From NCBI GenBank assembly GCA_050084515.1, contig CM114271.1, positions 31,248,001 to 31,312,000 on the forward strand: DNA of 64,000 nt, written 5' to 3'. The notes beneath the pieces are model-generated. The model ran no database searches. It had not been told where the DNA came from and saw only the letters and a program-made list of their open reading frames with translations. A program made the translations under genes and the position numbers. Position 1 is the stretch's first letter. Each line of letters begins with the position of its first letter. This stretch comes from Blasia pusilla (lineage: Eukaryota). Positions 25,688 through 40,006 of this stretch are shown piece after piece.

Positions 25688-27285
25688 ACCTTTTTCCTTT
25701 CCCTCTGGACTTGATATTGAATCCAGATTTCTTCCTTAAAGATCAATCAAAAGTTTCACAATCTTCTAACTTTAGGCTAATATCATAATAAGATGGAATG
25801 ATAGGTTTAAGAGGACCCATTGCCCCTTTGTCCACTGCTGTATATTCCCTAGTATAAACTCTTTGAATAAAAGTAGCTTCTATTCGATTCAATGATTACA
25901 AAGTAATTTCTAAAATAGTGTCATGTATAGTTGACTATCCTTCTAATCTACTTGCCCTAGTCGTGTTCTCCTCCATCCAATCATGTGCTTTGTCTTGAGT
26001 ATATTGCTCCTCTTTGGTCAAATTCATAAGATGATCATCTTCATATACTTCCTTCCCCCATGTACTTCACCTACTCCCTTGAACGCTGGTTATGTGTGTC
26101 GTGGAAGCTTGTGTTCAACAGATCACGCTCTCCTTACTAATCAACACCAAAACATACTCACATTAGCCAAGGTTTGGGTGAACCAACCTTGTGTCTCTCA
26201 AGTCTTGGTGTGCATCCATCCTTCAAGTTCAACCAATCTATGGGGTTAGAACCGTTACATACCAACCTAATCCTTTCTTCCCAACACAATAAAGTTCTTC
26301 AAGACTTGGGACAAACTTCATTGATAAATTAGGAACCTGAAATGATGCTAGCGTGCCTAGCATCTTCACAACCCAATGGATGTCAAATGATTCTCTAACC
26401 ATGACTCAATATTTGAGTAACGCGTCAAGGTCTAAGGGTGGTTTCCATAACTGCTTCATCTAGACTTGGCATAGTGTCAAAATCCTTATGCCAAGCTCTC
26501 AATGTGTTTCGTGCCCTCAGTTCATCCCTATGCTTCCCAAGGTGGGGATCATGTTCCAAACACCCTTGGAGACCCTCTCCCTTATATATTGTTCTAGAGA
26601 TTCTCATTCCCTACCTAGCTATATCTAGGGAATATCTTGGGTTGTTCCTTTTGGCCCTCAACCCAACTATCATTTCAATAATTTGGGGATGGTTTTTAGA
26701 TCTCTCTTATAGAATTTCTTTGGAGTTTTAGTATATTGGAATTGGCTTCTCACAAGCTTTCAAACGCCACATTATTCATACCAAACACATCTTTGGATCT
26801 TGCCGTTATGACATCAAACATGAAGAACCCTAAATGGTCAATCAAGTTACAAGTTAGGTTGAAGTCCCCCTTGGTGCCCAACTCTTGTAGGACTTGAGCT
26901 CTTCCCAAGTCGTGTTTGGCCTTTGGTCTTGCTTTGCTAGGTCAAAATCCCTATTATCTAAGATGCCCATCAAGGCTCGTGTCTTGCATTCGCAACTCAT
27001 GTCTCACTTGTGAGATTCTGACACACTTCCAGATATCCTAGTGTAAGCCCACTAGGGTTCTAATATTCTGCATTGGCTCTCATTTAGTTATGAGGGTTGG
27101 GATTCCCAATCTATCCCTATCATTACTATCATGTTGAGACAGCTATGCCTCTCGATTCTTGATTTGAACTTCCAAATAATCACATCAAAATCTTTGGATG
27201 GAGGAGGCTCATCATCTTCAAAATCACTATTTATCCTCCTTCCTTCATTTTCAATCCACGTATCAGTCAAGGTCTTCAATTGCAA

Positions 27286-27597
27286 CTACATTGGATGAGG
27301 AAAACTCAAGTATTTGTGAATTTTAATCTCTCTCTTCTTTCCATATTTTGTCTGAATAGACTCCCCACTTAGATGTTGATGTAACATGGTAAGATTATAA
27401 GTGGATTGATATTGACACCAATTGCAAATGGAAATTATTGTATCCTTCTTCCCTTTTCTTAAGCCACTTTGAAAGAATAAGAAGTTCTCTTGAGCAAAAG
27501 CATTCCATGCCTTAGGAGGCCAAAGATCTTGATCCACATTTAGAGTGGGTATGTCGTGAAACATATCCAACCCATCATCTCCTATGAAATCATCCAT
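27286..27597 (-). pseudogene. Possible BED zinc-finger fragment (hAT transposase N-terminus)
   Basis: WNAF...SICNWCQYQSTYNLTMLHQHL resembles the BED pattern W..F...CxxC...L..HL. Confidence 0.4.
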
Positions 27598-30500
27598 AAC
27601 TCCAAACTACCGAAAAAAATTCACCTAAAGCAAGTATCAGAGTGTTGTCCATTACTATGAGCGACAATGAACTCCTCTTAGTATTGCTTCTAATCAAAAC
27701 ATTGGTTGTTTAACTTCCTTCACTATGCTTATATACTAAACCAACCCACATTCCTTTCTTCAACTTCTCCCACTAGTTCATCTACTACTATCTAACTTTA
27801 CAACTAAAATTTGGAAGTTGGCCATTTTCAAATCTCATTGGCAAGAATTAGGGTTCTTAGTTAAAAAAGTTGTCCCCTTGAACTAAAACCCCTTTCAGCG
27901 CTTGGATTAATTGTGCTCAATGCCCATTCCCTTTACCGATGCTTAGCACCTATGGGTGGTGTAAAATTTCCAACTCCAGCACCTCTCGCATCACCCACTA
28001 ATGGTGCTAGCGCCAAAAAAAAAAGATATGACGTCTAAATTTTCAGAAAAAAATTTCCAATTTTTTCTGAAAATTAACTTTTAAAAATTTTTGGTTTAAA
28101 TTTCCAACTAGATCTTGCCTATGAGATTCACTTGCAACCCATGTGGACACATAGGTGTTGTAGAAGTGGAATTTTCTAGTGTGTCTAGGGTTCTCTCTCT
28201 CTCAAGGATGCTCTAGCACTCAGGGGATAATATCATAAGCCTCCATAGTACATTCGGTTTCCTTTTTGTTTGCAACTTCATTAGAGGATACAAGAAACAC
28301 TCAATGTAGTAAGATTGAGTAGTGTGGAGATATGGGGCACTTGAGGCATAAATAAAATACTTGCTCCTTGGGATCTAATTGTCCCTTTTGTAGCTTATTT
28401 GCAAGTATTTTGTAGCTCTAGAGATTTGCAATATACTCACAAATTCAGATAATGTGTCTCCTTTCACTTGCAGAGTTGTCAGAGCTTTGCGAGTCTTGGA
28501 GGTTGTATGATTGCCATTTGCGAGTAATTGTTCCACAACTCACAACGTCGTGAACTTGGGCAGTCAAAATATGCAAAAGCTTGTGGCTTTTGACAGTTGC
28601 TCTTGAAAAATTTTGCGAGTTGCAGCACTTGCTATGGACCCCCACAATACTCGCACAATATTCACAATCAAGACTTAGTCACACTCACAATTAACTCACA
28701 CAATACTTGCATTGGGCTCACACTGGACTCACAATATTAAATGGCATTCCGTGTCCCCTCCCCCACTTGCCCCTTTATTCCATTTTCAAAAAAATTTGGT
28801 GGGAATTTTGAGAAATGGAATAAAGAAAATTCCAAGTCTTTTTTTGGGGAAATTGTCACTTTTCATCTTCATCTTGTTTGATGAATTAATTTTTTGTTTT
28901 ATTTGTGATCTATTTGTAAAAAAACAATTTTTTTTTTTATATATCTGACCTATATTTAGAACTTTTGAACCCTGAATTACTACTCGTTCGCGTCGAATCG
29001 CAGTAGTCTTAATCAGATTGTACATGTGTTGCTGAAGTTCCTTCAGGCGTCCCACAGCCTTCAAACACACCGACCCCCCCCCCCTCCGGCGCCACCTCTA
29101 CCGCAACGTACCGCCGCACCTGCTTCGAATATACCTCGAAATAAATCTCTTCAAAATTTCATAAAATTTTCTTCTAAAATATGTGACATAGAAATAGAAT
29201 AAAATAGGTCTAATTGTGATAGAAATTCAGAATAGATAGAATAAAAATATCTTAAGAATGAAAAATGAGATTGACGTAGTAATATGAGAAGCGCACGCGG
29301 TTGGAACAAGAATCGCGTTGGGATGATACCTTAAGGAAAAGTATTTTTTTCTGAGATTATGAGAATTCTCCGATAGAGAAATATTTATTACGCGATTGGT
29401 TACTGACAACCATTTCCGTATTGATTAGGCTACCTCGGTTTTGATGAACGGGGCCGTCAACGTAGAACGGATTATGGATCTTCGACAACGAGCGGACGAG
29501 AAAGAAATGGCATACGAATGGGAGAGGGTACGTAACTTGTTTTGATTCCGACACTAGCAGTTCAACTAGTCTCCGACTAAAGTCTTTGATGCAGGGGATC
29601 AGCTGGGGGCCCACTAATACTCAAGGTCCTTCAACTCTTAATTTTTTAAAATTTTTTAAAATTTTAAAATTTTAAAATTTTTTCAACTCTTAATTCGGAA
29701 GAAGTTCGGGAAGGAAGCCATTGTCGTTAGGTCCACACGAGTGGTTTTTTTAATAATTAAGATTATTTCTAAAAGATAGAAAAAAAAATTCACATCATCC
29801 TAAAGAGGACAAATGCTTTTTCAGACGTCCTTAAAAAATGTCGTTTACACAAACATCTCATTTATTTTGCTACCTGTTTCTTTAGACAGGGATTCGCTGT
29901 AACGAAAGCTCCCGGGGCTTCCGAACTCCATAGTTGAGTGGCCCTAATAGGCGAGGATCAAAAGTGTATATTAGGTGCCGATTCGCATTGAAATGTCATT
30001 GAAAATGCGTTTAGCTAGTAGTTCATAGCTTATGATTATACATTTCACACGAATTACATATAATTGTATATATTGCCATACCTGGTTGGGTCACTTCCAT
30101 ACGTAGTGACCTGCAAAGGAGGCATTCTTCTTTCCATTTGATATTATATTCTTAGAAAAAAATCAAACTAGGATGAAAATGAACCCCAACACATCAAGAC
30201 ATATAAAAACTAACGCCATTCATGGAGGGACATGGCATGGAAGTGAGTGGCGAGCACAATGAGGGATGATACACCTCCTTGGCACCCGAAACGATCAGCT
30301 CAGAGTTCTCTTCAGTTTTCTTCTCTTCTTTACCCTTATCGTGAAATAAACTCTTTTTCATCGAGTTTAGGTTTGATTAGGATTTCATGTGTCAAATATT
30401 ACGGAACTTCTCTATCCATCCATCCCTTTCACATTACTTTTCATCCACTCTAGTCCCCCTTCTTGTTATAGGAATGAATATTGTGTCCCTATTTATTTTC

Positions 30501-30769
30501 CTCCATTTTATCTTTGTTTCAACTCTACACAAAGTGCTCTAGTACCCAATTTGGTGTTCGTTTCCCTCACATATCCTCAACATCCATTATTTTTCCAACC
30601 TACCTCCTTCTCCATTAAAAGTATTTGTGAGGGGGTTTGGGTTTGAGGATCCTTGAGCTAGTGGTAGGTAAGGCAATTTTATGGGGATGATAGTAAGTGT
30701 GTTTAGTACAAGTTTGTGCCATGCATCAGAGGTAACAACTCACTTTTTTTTCTTGTCCAAAGGCAGAGG

Positions 30770-31838
30770 ACAAAGGCAGGCTCGGGTGCGGGCCGGTCTA
30801 GGCGGCGGGCTCAAACCTTTGCCGTCAACCGCCTAGACCGGGGCTAACAGAGCCCGCACCCATTGCGTGGCTGCAGAGCGGGCTCAAGGTGGACAGGCGC
30901 GGGCTCAGGGCGAGCACGCGTGGGCTCTGGTGTGATTGGGCGCGGGCTTGAGGCGGGCAGGTGTGGGCTCGAGGTAGGCAAGCGCAGGCTTGGGATGGGC
31001 AAGTGCGGGCTCCGAGCGCGCAAGCGCGGGCTCCACGCAGGTAGGTGCGGGCTCTTGGCGGGCAGGTGCGGGCTCAAGGGTGATTGGGCGCGGGCTAGGG
31101 CGGGCAGACGCGGACTCTCCACGGGCAGGCGTGGGCTAGGACGGGCAAGTGCGGGCTCTAGGTGGGCAAGCACGAGCTGAGAGCTGATTGGGCGCGGGTA
31201 GGTGCAAGCTCTGGGCATGTAGGTGCGGGCTCAAGGCGGGCAGGCACAGGCTCGAGGTGGGCAGGTGCGGGCTCCGGGAGAGCATGTGCGGGCGTGGGGT
31301 GGGCAAGTGCTGGCTAGGGTGAGCAAGTGTGGGCTCAAGGTTGATTGGGCGCGAGCAAGCGCGGGCTCCGGACGGGCAGGCGTGGGCTAGGGCGGACAAG
31401 TGCGGGCTCATTGTTGATAGGGCGTGGGCAGGCACGGGCTTCGGGCGGGCAGGTGCGGGCTCAAGGCAGGCAAGCGCGGGGTAGGGCGGACAGGTGCGGG
31501 CTCAAGGCGGATAGGCACGGGCTCAAAGCTGATTGGGCGCGGGCTAGGGCGGGCAGGTGCGGGCTCAAAGCGGGCAGAACATGGGCTCAGGGCTCGCAAA
31601 AATTTGTTCCGCAAGACCAAAAATGGCCGTTGGACCAAATACTTGTCCGCCGGATCAAAGTTTGCGGGCCATGAGCCCGCCCAGGTCGGGCTATGGGCCA
31701 CGCAATGGGTACGGGTTGCGGGCGGGCTTGGGTGCGGGCTTAGATGCGGGCTGGGGTGTGAGCCCCGGGTACTCGGGCCCACACGGTCATGTCTTTCCAT
31801 AAGACAGACATAAGTCTGCAAACGCAGATGCAACCTTG
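30770..31838. mobile_element. GC-rich tandem-repeat arm of the hAT-type MITE family
   Basis: Dozens of degenerate ~20-21 bp units like GCGGGCTCAAGGCGGGCAGGT, ending at the family TIR ATGCAACCTTG (31838). Confidence 0.7.
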
Positions 31839-32439
31839 CTATATCCTAATCCATTGGTCAAGATTCCAATTTTTTTCTAATTTTATCATGATGTGGTATT
31901 TTGTGTCAACTCATCCCTCTTTCATTTGCACGGGCAGTTGGACGCTCTCCACAACTTGCTTTAAGAATTTTACAAGTTTTTTTGGATTATATATATAGCA
32001 CCTTTGGGATTTTCCTCTAGATAATTCCTCCACAAATTGTTAACGGTTGCTCTAGGTTTCTTATCACCTAGATCATAGGAGACTTCATAGTGCAATCAAT
32101 GAGGTTCTGATGTTGGGGCAAGTTTTTATGCTATTGACGGACAGTGAATGGATTTGCCAAATTTCCATATGAGAGGTCTTTTTGAGGTTGGTTAGTTGCT
32201 CTATTGCAATTTTCAACATTGTGACCATCCCTACATAGTGAACACTCTTAAGATGCAAGTGTTGAGCACTCTTGAAGAGGAAATCTAGAAGCTCGAGTGG
32301 GTTGAAGCTATGTATGAAGAGCTCACAACCTTGGAGATGCACCAAAATTGGGAATTGGATGATTTTCCATATTGTAAGAAGGAAATTGGATGTAGATGGA
32401 CAATTCAGATAGTAGCTTTTGTAGATATGAGCCCATATT

Positions 32440-32600
32440 AGTAATTTAGTAGTCAAGGGATATGCACAGTAGTATGGTTTGGACTATGATGTGAGATTTA
32501 GTCATGTAGCCGTGATGATGACGATAAATTTTTTTGTACCATTGGAAACTAGAAAACAATTATGAATGCATCAAGTAAACCATAAGGCCTTTTTATCACA
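32440..32600 (+). pseudogene. Ty1/Copia RT fragment
   Basis: LVVKGYAQ*YGLDYDVRFSHVA...MHQVNHKAF matches the Copia RT motif LVAKGYxQxxGxDYxETFSPVA...HQMDVKxAF. Confidence 0.7.
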
Positions 32601-33249
32601 TCTATATATGTACCAATTTATTTGGAGTGCCCCCTCCCCATTGAGTGTAAGACTCTTTCATGGAGTCAAAGGGCTACCCTTGATGTGCATCGAGTGTAAG
32701 TGGATGTGCGTCTTATAGATGAATGCCTAAAATTCCTTCAACTCATTGTCTTGAGTGAAAATATTCATGAAGATAATGGATATCACTTTTCCCACCATGG
32801 GCCTCATTCCCTTTGTGTGAGCTTTCTATGGGGCCCCTTCTCCTCTAAAGTCTCTACTTGATCATGGTGTGTCAAAGGAGGAGGTTAAAATTTTGGAGTT
32901 TGCCACCAATACACATCAAGGAGATCGTCTCATAATTGATCACTAACCTCTTTGCATTGGCTCATTTCTAGAAAATTCTCTCTTGGAGGAGGTATTACCC
33001 AATTTTATTCTCTCTTCATTAGAAAATAATGCTCACATAATGTTTTTAGAGACCTTCTTCTCCTTATATTTTTTCACTTTACCACCTAGTTTATATGTTA
33101 GCCTTGCAATAAAGGTGAGGAAGCGGCACTCTCTAGATTTTCCTTTACTTAAACTTTTGGATATATGATGGAGGCATATGTGCCTTTGGAGTTCTACTTA
33201 TAAGTGATGAACTTGTTTAAATTTAAGCTTCATCATGGACGCAGTTATG

Positions 33250-34000
33250 AAGTTGTGAGGGAGCCGGTTCACATTAATAACCTCTTGAGGATTGGTGATC
33301 TTGAAGTTGCTTCTGGTGTCCTCTCTTATTTATGTGCTAGATACCCTAGATATCTCATTAGGTTATATAGATGTTTAGATTCCTCCTTACTCTTCTTACA
33401 TCCTTTGATCCAAACTTTTTTTGGAGATCTCTGAAGGCTCGAATCCTTTGAGAGCTCCATGGGGGAATCATTCGCCAACATTCTTCTTGGCTTATTTCTT
33501 TTGGTTGTGCGATTTTCCTGATAGAGTTAGCAGCCTTGCAACCTTTTTAGGAAGTTGGGTCCCATAGGGCAACTATTATTTGTCCTAGATTCTGAGTTAG
33601 AGATAGAACCCTCCTACTACAAGATGTGCCTTAGATAGAGGGCTTCTTTCCCTACAATCATCTCTTAGAGCATGTCAAGATTCTCTCCTAGCTAAACTAG
33701 AACAATTCTCCCAATCTTTTCCTTTCAATCCTTATTTACCTTTGGTCAATCCAAACTTAATTAGATATTCTTTGAAGGATATCCATTATAAGGTCATCTT
33801 TAGAGATACTACATCCGATGGGGGGTATTTACCATGAGGTATGGAATTTTATTTGCTCCTAATCCAGGAAGGTGCCAACACTTTGGTGGATAACTACCCC
33901 TAATTTTTGTATTTGTATTTATATTGGACCATTAGCTATTGAAATATGTTAGGTCATGGCCCACATAGCTGATTCTTGTATTATTAGCACATACCACGTG
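33250..34000 (+). mobile_element. Highly decayed CRE-like non-LTR retroelement fragment
   Basis: LLRIGDLEVASGVLSYLCARYPRYL parallels LPHLGDPQVAYGILSQYFLRHPSYL of the 59440-60960 element. Confidence 0.5.
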
Positions 34001-34529
34001 ATTCCATGGATAAAGTGTCCATGGTAGGAAGCTAGTGGACACCTCAATGTGTTATCCGCCTTCACATTATAAGATGTATATCCTATCATATTAATTTATC
34101 ACAACTTAGACTTCCATATTTGTGAGCCATAGACACTAGTTTTCGGATTACCACTAGATGATTAATGAAAAAAGAAATTCGAGTTTCTCCTTGAAAGAAG
34201 TCTTAATTCTTGTATAGATCTCACACGTATTTTCATCCCTTTCCATCTTTCTATTTCTTCAAAAAAATGCCTTCATGACATCCCCTATTATAAAGGTTAT
34301 ATATTAGAGATTAATGTAAGGAGTTAATTTTCAAGTCTTGTGTCTTTTTTCTTTCAAATACCAAAAATAGTCTTTATGTATATATAAAATATTTTTTCAT
34401 GATTATTTTCTTGAAAATTACAAAAAAATGCAAGAGAAATTATATTAACGCCTTAATAAGTATGGCGGAGTAGAGCAATGAGTACTATAAATAAATAAAT
34501 TTTCAATCAAATGAGTTCATCAATTTTTC

Positions 34530-35086
34530 CAAGGTTGCACATGGATAAAGTCTGTGTCCACGGACTTATGTATATGAGGGTCCGAGTTTCTGCATAGGGT
34601 ACCTGGGACTGCCCCGCCCGCAAAGTAGACCTAGACTTGACCAACCCGTACCCAATCCAACAACCCGTTGCTTGTTCTTGCCACCCATTTTTTAGCCCAC
34701 ACCAAGCCCGTGTCTTACTCGTAGAGGCTTGCATCGAGCCCACGCATAACCCACCCTAAGCCTATGCAAGGCATGTAGAGGGCATGCAACTTGTCCGCAA
34801 GAGTAGGCCACTGCACGCGAGGCAGGCTCGGCGCGGGCCACACACAGGTTTGATGCGGGCCTCTACAAGCAAGGCGCGAGCTTGGTGCGGGCTACAAAAT
34901 GGGTGGAAAGAATGAGCAATAGGTTGTTGGACTAGGTGCGAGCTAGCCAAGCTCAGGTCTATATTGCGTGCAAGCCAAGCATTGGCCTACTCACATAAGC
35001 CATTGGGATACAAAAAAACCTCAAGAAGGGGACATGTTGGGCATGTCTGTCCCATAGATGGACAAGTCCATTTCTGTGCAACCATG
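34530..35086. mobile_element. hAT-type MITE with a long internal inverted repeat
   Basis: TIRs CAAGGTTGCAC / GTGCAACCATG; 8-bp TSD AATTTTTC / AATGTTTC; inverted arms at ~34625-34745 and ~34845-34960. Confidence 0.8.
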
Positions 35087-36079
35087 AATGTTTCCAACTC
35101 TCCTATAAGATGAAATAGTAAGATGCCCGCTCTATGCGCCGGAAATAAAAATGTATTTGAGGAGTCCTTTGTTTGCTTGTAAAAGGAAGGGACTGGAGTG
35201 AAAGGACTAATTATACAAAAATTAAAAAAAGATTTGTGTTGCTCGTAACATCTGAAATATTTTCTTGCTGCCCAGTTGCCACGCGTGAAATAGAGAGGTG
35301 TTTGAAAATCAAGAAAGCACTCTCCAATAATAATGTAGAGTAATGAGCCCTAAAATGTATTGTGTGAATGCTCTGAATTCAAAAAATTTAACTTCTGTGG
35401 AATTATTTAGCCGATATTATCCAATGTATCATTAAGGAAATTTGGATCAGATTTCCATTGCAATTCAGATTTCATTTAAAGTATCCAACTAATTAAGGTA
35501 TCAAATTAAGTATATGTTTTCTAGAAACCTAACTCAAAAAAATTCTTGGAGCTCTAACTTATTACATTGTATGTGTGAAGACTCTCATAACCAAACGGGT
35601 ACCAACGAGGAACATCAAAATTCGAGTAGGTTGACACTAGAATGGAAATACCGTGGAGTTTCATAAGCAACATATGAGTAGTAGAAATGAGATGCAGCCT
35701 TAATGGCTATCTTAAATGATAAATTTTGTGATTTAGAAGAGTATGATTAAACATTGGAAGAGCTCACTTCTCACAAGAGTTGGACTCCAAGAAGTCTACA
35801 ACATAGGTTGAAACTTGATTAAGTGTTTGGGGATTATCCACATTTGAGGTGATAATAGCTAGATCTAAGATGTATTTGAGATTTTTTAGGTGGCTTTGCA
35901 TTAGAAAGCTTATGAGAAGCCGGTTCCAACATACCAATTTTCCAAATGATAGTTTGAATTGAAGGCCACATAAAGCTGTCGAAGAGAAATTTTTGGATTA
36001 AGGAATGGGATAAAGTTCTCTAGAACTATATATAAGGGGTAGGGTCTTTAAGGGAATTTGGACCGTAAACCTGAGTACC

Positions 36080-36430
36080 AACAAAGAGGAAATAAAGTAA
36101 AAATATCCCTTTCTTTGGGTATACCCCTTTCCTTCTCCCAAGCTCTCTCCATGATAACATGTGCTTGCCGTTTATCTCCTTAGTTTTTGACCTACAGTTG
36201 GGGGTCAAGGGCCACTTTCCAAAGTGGAAAGTCAACATACTCCTAATAATTTGAAATTTACCCGAAATATTAAGTTTCTATATATAGCTCCAAATGAGCC
36301 GGAATAGAGCGCAAACTTGCTCTCTTAGATTACTCGAGGCCCCATTAGGTCATCCTCGACCTCCTGAGGCCGTCCTTCAATCTCTGAAGGCACCCTACGG
36401 ATACTTGTCAATCCATCCTAAAAGATATAA
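36080..36430 (-). repeat. Diverged partial copy of repeat A
   Basis: Reverse complement of the 5' part of A (e.g. GCTCCAAATGAGCCG, GGTCAAGGGCCACTT, ATCCTAAAAGA). Confidence 0.75.
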
Positions 36431-39400
36431 TAAAAGAGACATCCTATCGTTTTAAATGCTTAGTGATTTGGAACATACTTTTCATTTATATTCTTATGGG
36501 AGAATGCCCTCTTGATTTTTTATCGCCACTTCTTTTGACACTTGGCCCTCTCAACCAATAGGATTATTTGAGGTTGATTTAAGAGATGTTAGTACTTTGG
36601 ATTTTGGGGTTTGGTTAAGTCATTGATAACAAAATTATGACAACCTTAGGTAACAGATGTCCACTAGTTTTGATTAAAAAATATTTCTTCTTTTGAATAG
36701 AATACAAATGAAAAATTTAAATTAATATTCCATTTAATATGCATAATCATAATTTAATTTAACATCTATATTTTAAGTATTTGATAAAAGATACTACGAT
36801 ACATCACATTTAAAAAAAAATTTCATGTAATTAGCCTCCTTGTTTAACTAAAATAGGTGTGTGACATGAGTTAGCCATCTGTCCTCCCAATATTTAAATC
36901 ACAAGAAACTCAATTCTTAAAGTTTTTATGGTGCAAACTTCTTACAATCTATACTAAAACAAGATCAACAAGGGATTCCTATTTATTAATAATTCAGGTT
37001 AATATGTCATTCTCTTTACCTATACCACTCCCAAAGTATTTTTGAGGGAATAATGGAACAACTAAAAAAATTTGTATCTTCCAATCATTGGAGGATGCCT
37101 TTCACTTTGAAAACTCCTCTCCTCTTATACTTGACATTTAAAACCAATCATTCCCCTTCTAACCCAATTTCTTTATAAAATTCATTTAAAAATATATTAA
37201 AAAATGAAAATAATTTGAACAAGTGCATGCACGGGCCTCCTATAATCATATTTTATTGTGTACATCGAACTAGTAGACTCAATTTAAAAATAAAAAATTT
37301 GTTCAGAAAGCCATGAGTCCCACCTTCACCACGTTTTACAATTACGAGCGTAGAGAGAGAGAACATTTAGGGCGAGTCCGACGGACCATAGCGAGTCTAC
37401 GTCCACCGCCCGTCCACCGCCGACGCGGAGATCTTTGGGTTCGTGACTCTCGTCAAGCTAAGAGCTGCCGCTTAATCGGCAGGACTCCAGATTTGGGGGC
37501 GGGACCGAGAAACGGATACGGACTCCTGTCGCGACATGTCTAAGATCTGGACTGTCAATGGAAACGATCGAATGACCGCAATTCATTTCATTTCGATGTG
37601 TTGAGCGATCTTGTCACGACGCGTGCTTGACCCGATTGGAGGATTTACAGGTTAGACGGGGACGGGGACTGTAGAGTAGTGAGTAGGGACGGGACGTGGC
37701 CAGCGTGTGAGATCCATAAACTTACGCGTCTTGGAGTTGCAGTCGCCCCAAACACGCACGACTCTTGAGGACTCTTCAGTGAATGAAATAGTACAGTCGT
37801 TTCGTTTTGGATCTAAGCGAAAAGAGTCACGAGAAAAAACGATTCTCACTGGAACCACACGAGATCGATAACCTAAGAAACCTGGACACAAGTGGAGCAG
37901 ATGTCCAAGTATGCCACGTTAGCTGCTACGTGTCCTCATCAAACCAGTCTTCGACATGTTGGGTGGGTTGTGGAAGGTTTAGTTATACATCATGTCACGT
38001 TGGCACATAAAATTCCAAACTCGATCATCGCTTAGCTCAGCTAACCTAATTATCGGATCGCCAAAGTAAGGATTCTAAGGAACTCTACGTCAATTGTTGC
38101 GGTGTCTGTCGTCTTCCGTAGACGCGATGTGTCAAAGTGAGGGGAATTCGATGCCATCGGAACGTAGACTCACATCCGCTAGTCGAACAAATTCGCAGTA
38201 AACTTTTCAAGGGTAATGCAAAACCTGGCTTTTTAATTGCCAAATCAAGGAACCTATGTCACAAATTAGGGTTTATTATTTTTGTTATTCCTTCTAAGCA
38301 TAGCACCGTTGAATTTCAAAATAACTCGTCGGGGTATGGCTTTTGTGACTCCGTGAAATCATCTACAAAACTTTTAGGAAATGTGCACGAATGTATATAT
38401 TGCATAATAGGGGTTCTAATCATTTCAGGAAACGCAAATGAAAGTGTTCTTATATCCTTCTCGGGTGCTTGACACCTGTCCTTTGAGGCCTTCTATGATT
38501 AACGGGTGTTATTTAAAGATAATTGGATTAAAGGAAAATCTGTGCATAGTATTTTTAAGTAGACAAAATCTCCCAGTGAGGAGAAATGCTTCTTTTTCTT
38601 AATGTCCAAACCTCTTCACATTTTGTTTCTTATAAAAATGTAACGAATTATTTTGCGATCAGTTAAGGTTTACATGTTTTTTCCTTTAATTTGCGTACAT
38701 TACATCGCAATGGTGTGTGTAGTACCTACCAGTCACTTAACGGTGATCTTCCCACTCATGATTTGTCACACTTGTTCCTTGCTCCGGATAAAAGTTTGTG
38801 AAATTCCATTCACAAAACATTTGAATGGCACGATCATTGTCAGACAAAACAGCGAGAACTGCGAGCTTGTTATAAGTCTCAGTCGGTGTAGGTGAATAAT
38901 GTGCAATTGAGTTCGGATTTTGTTGATTTAGAACTGCATATGACATCACCATTCGAACATTGAAACTGAGTGGGCAACAGCATCAAATCGTGACATTTAC
39001 TCTCCAAGTGAATGCCAAATGCTTCAGCACAGATCAAATGATAGCTCACAAAGCGCATTGATAATGACGCAGATCCATCACGATATAGAAAACTAAGAAT
39101 TTATCCTCATTAGAAACTCTTTCAAACGTTATGTGCACCTCGTCCTTGCGTTAAAAATCCTCTAGTATATACAAGCCATGTAATTTAATAATATACACCT
39201 GAAGTGCAGAACTGACCCAGATAGTTAGTGCACAGCACAACGGCTGTACTACCAAGTATTATCTAATAGCGGTTCCGAAGGTGGATTGATACTCTCATAT
39301 TCCTGTCTGATTGTCATCCCACTAATCTTGAACCTTTGTCGCCAAACGGCATCGGACGCTGTACATCACAATGTTTCTATGAAATTTTTGGGAGTCTGAA

Positions 39401-40006
39401 TGTCGCGACCATTAAAGGTAAACAGATATGAAATTCAGATAAACAGAACCCTACTTGAGATCAAAATCAGCGGAGTATCTCCTACTCAGGTACTCCCGAA
39501 CTCCTACTCTGAACTATGTCCTGATGAGGACCACCACTTTGACGTCAATTGACGCCCGGGTGCAGCGTCTGGTTGTTCTTTAGGTTGACACAGGTATACA
39601 AATGTTGTACCTCAACATCGTGATCCCCACAAACTGCGAATCGATGGGCATCTTAGCCGTTATTCAAGGATCGGGGAGGGCTAGAGACTGCTGACTATGG
39701 ACAGGGAAGAAATTATTCTCTCTCCCTCTCCCTCTAGACTACAGCACACGGGGTGCACATTAATCAAGCAAATTTACATGTACATCAACTACAGAGCGCA
39801 GAGTGCTACGTAGATTCGTGGAGGCCAAATCCAGCATCTGAACGCCGCTCCCCTGTTCACGATCAGGATTTCCCCAGATTGAAGAATTATTACACTTATC
39901 TGTGGACTGGTGATGAATATTCACTCCCTCGAAACGCCTTCAAGTACTCCGTAGGATTCGAATTAGCGTAAATATCCAAAGGGTGATCCGCGGAGAGATT
40001 GAGCCC

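Noticed and set aside
30844-31833. Pro/Arg/Gly-rich ORFs
   Set aside because: Artefacts of a GC-rich tandem repeat that is open in many frames.
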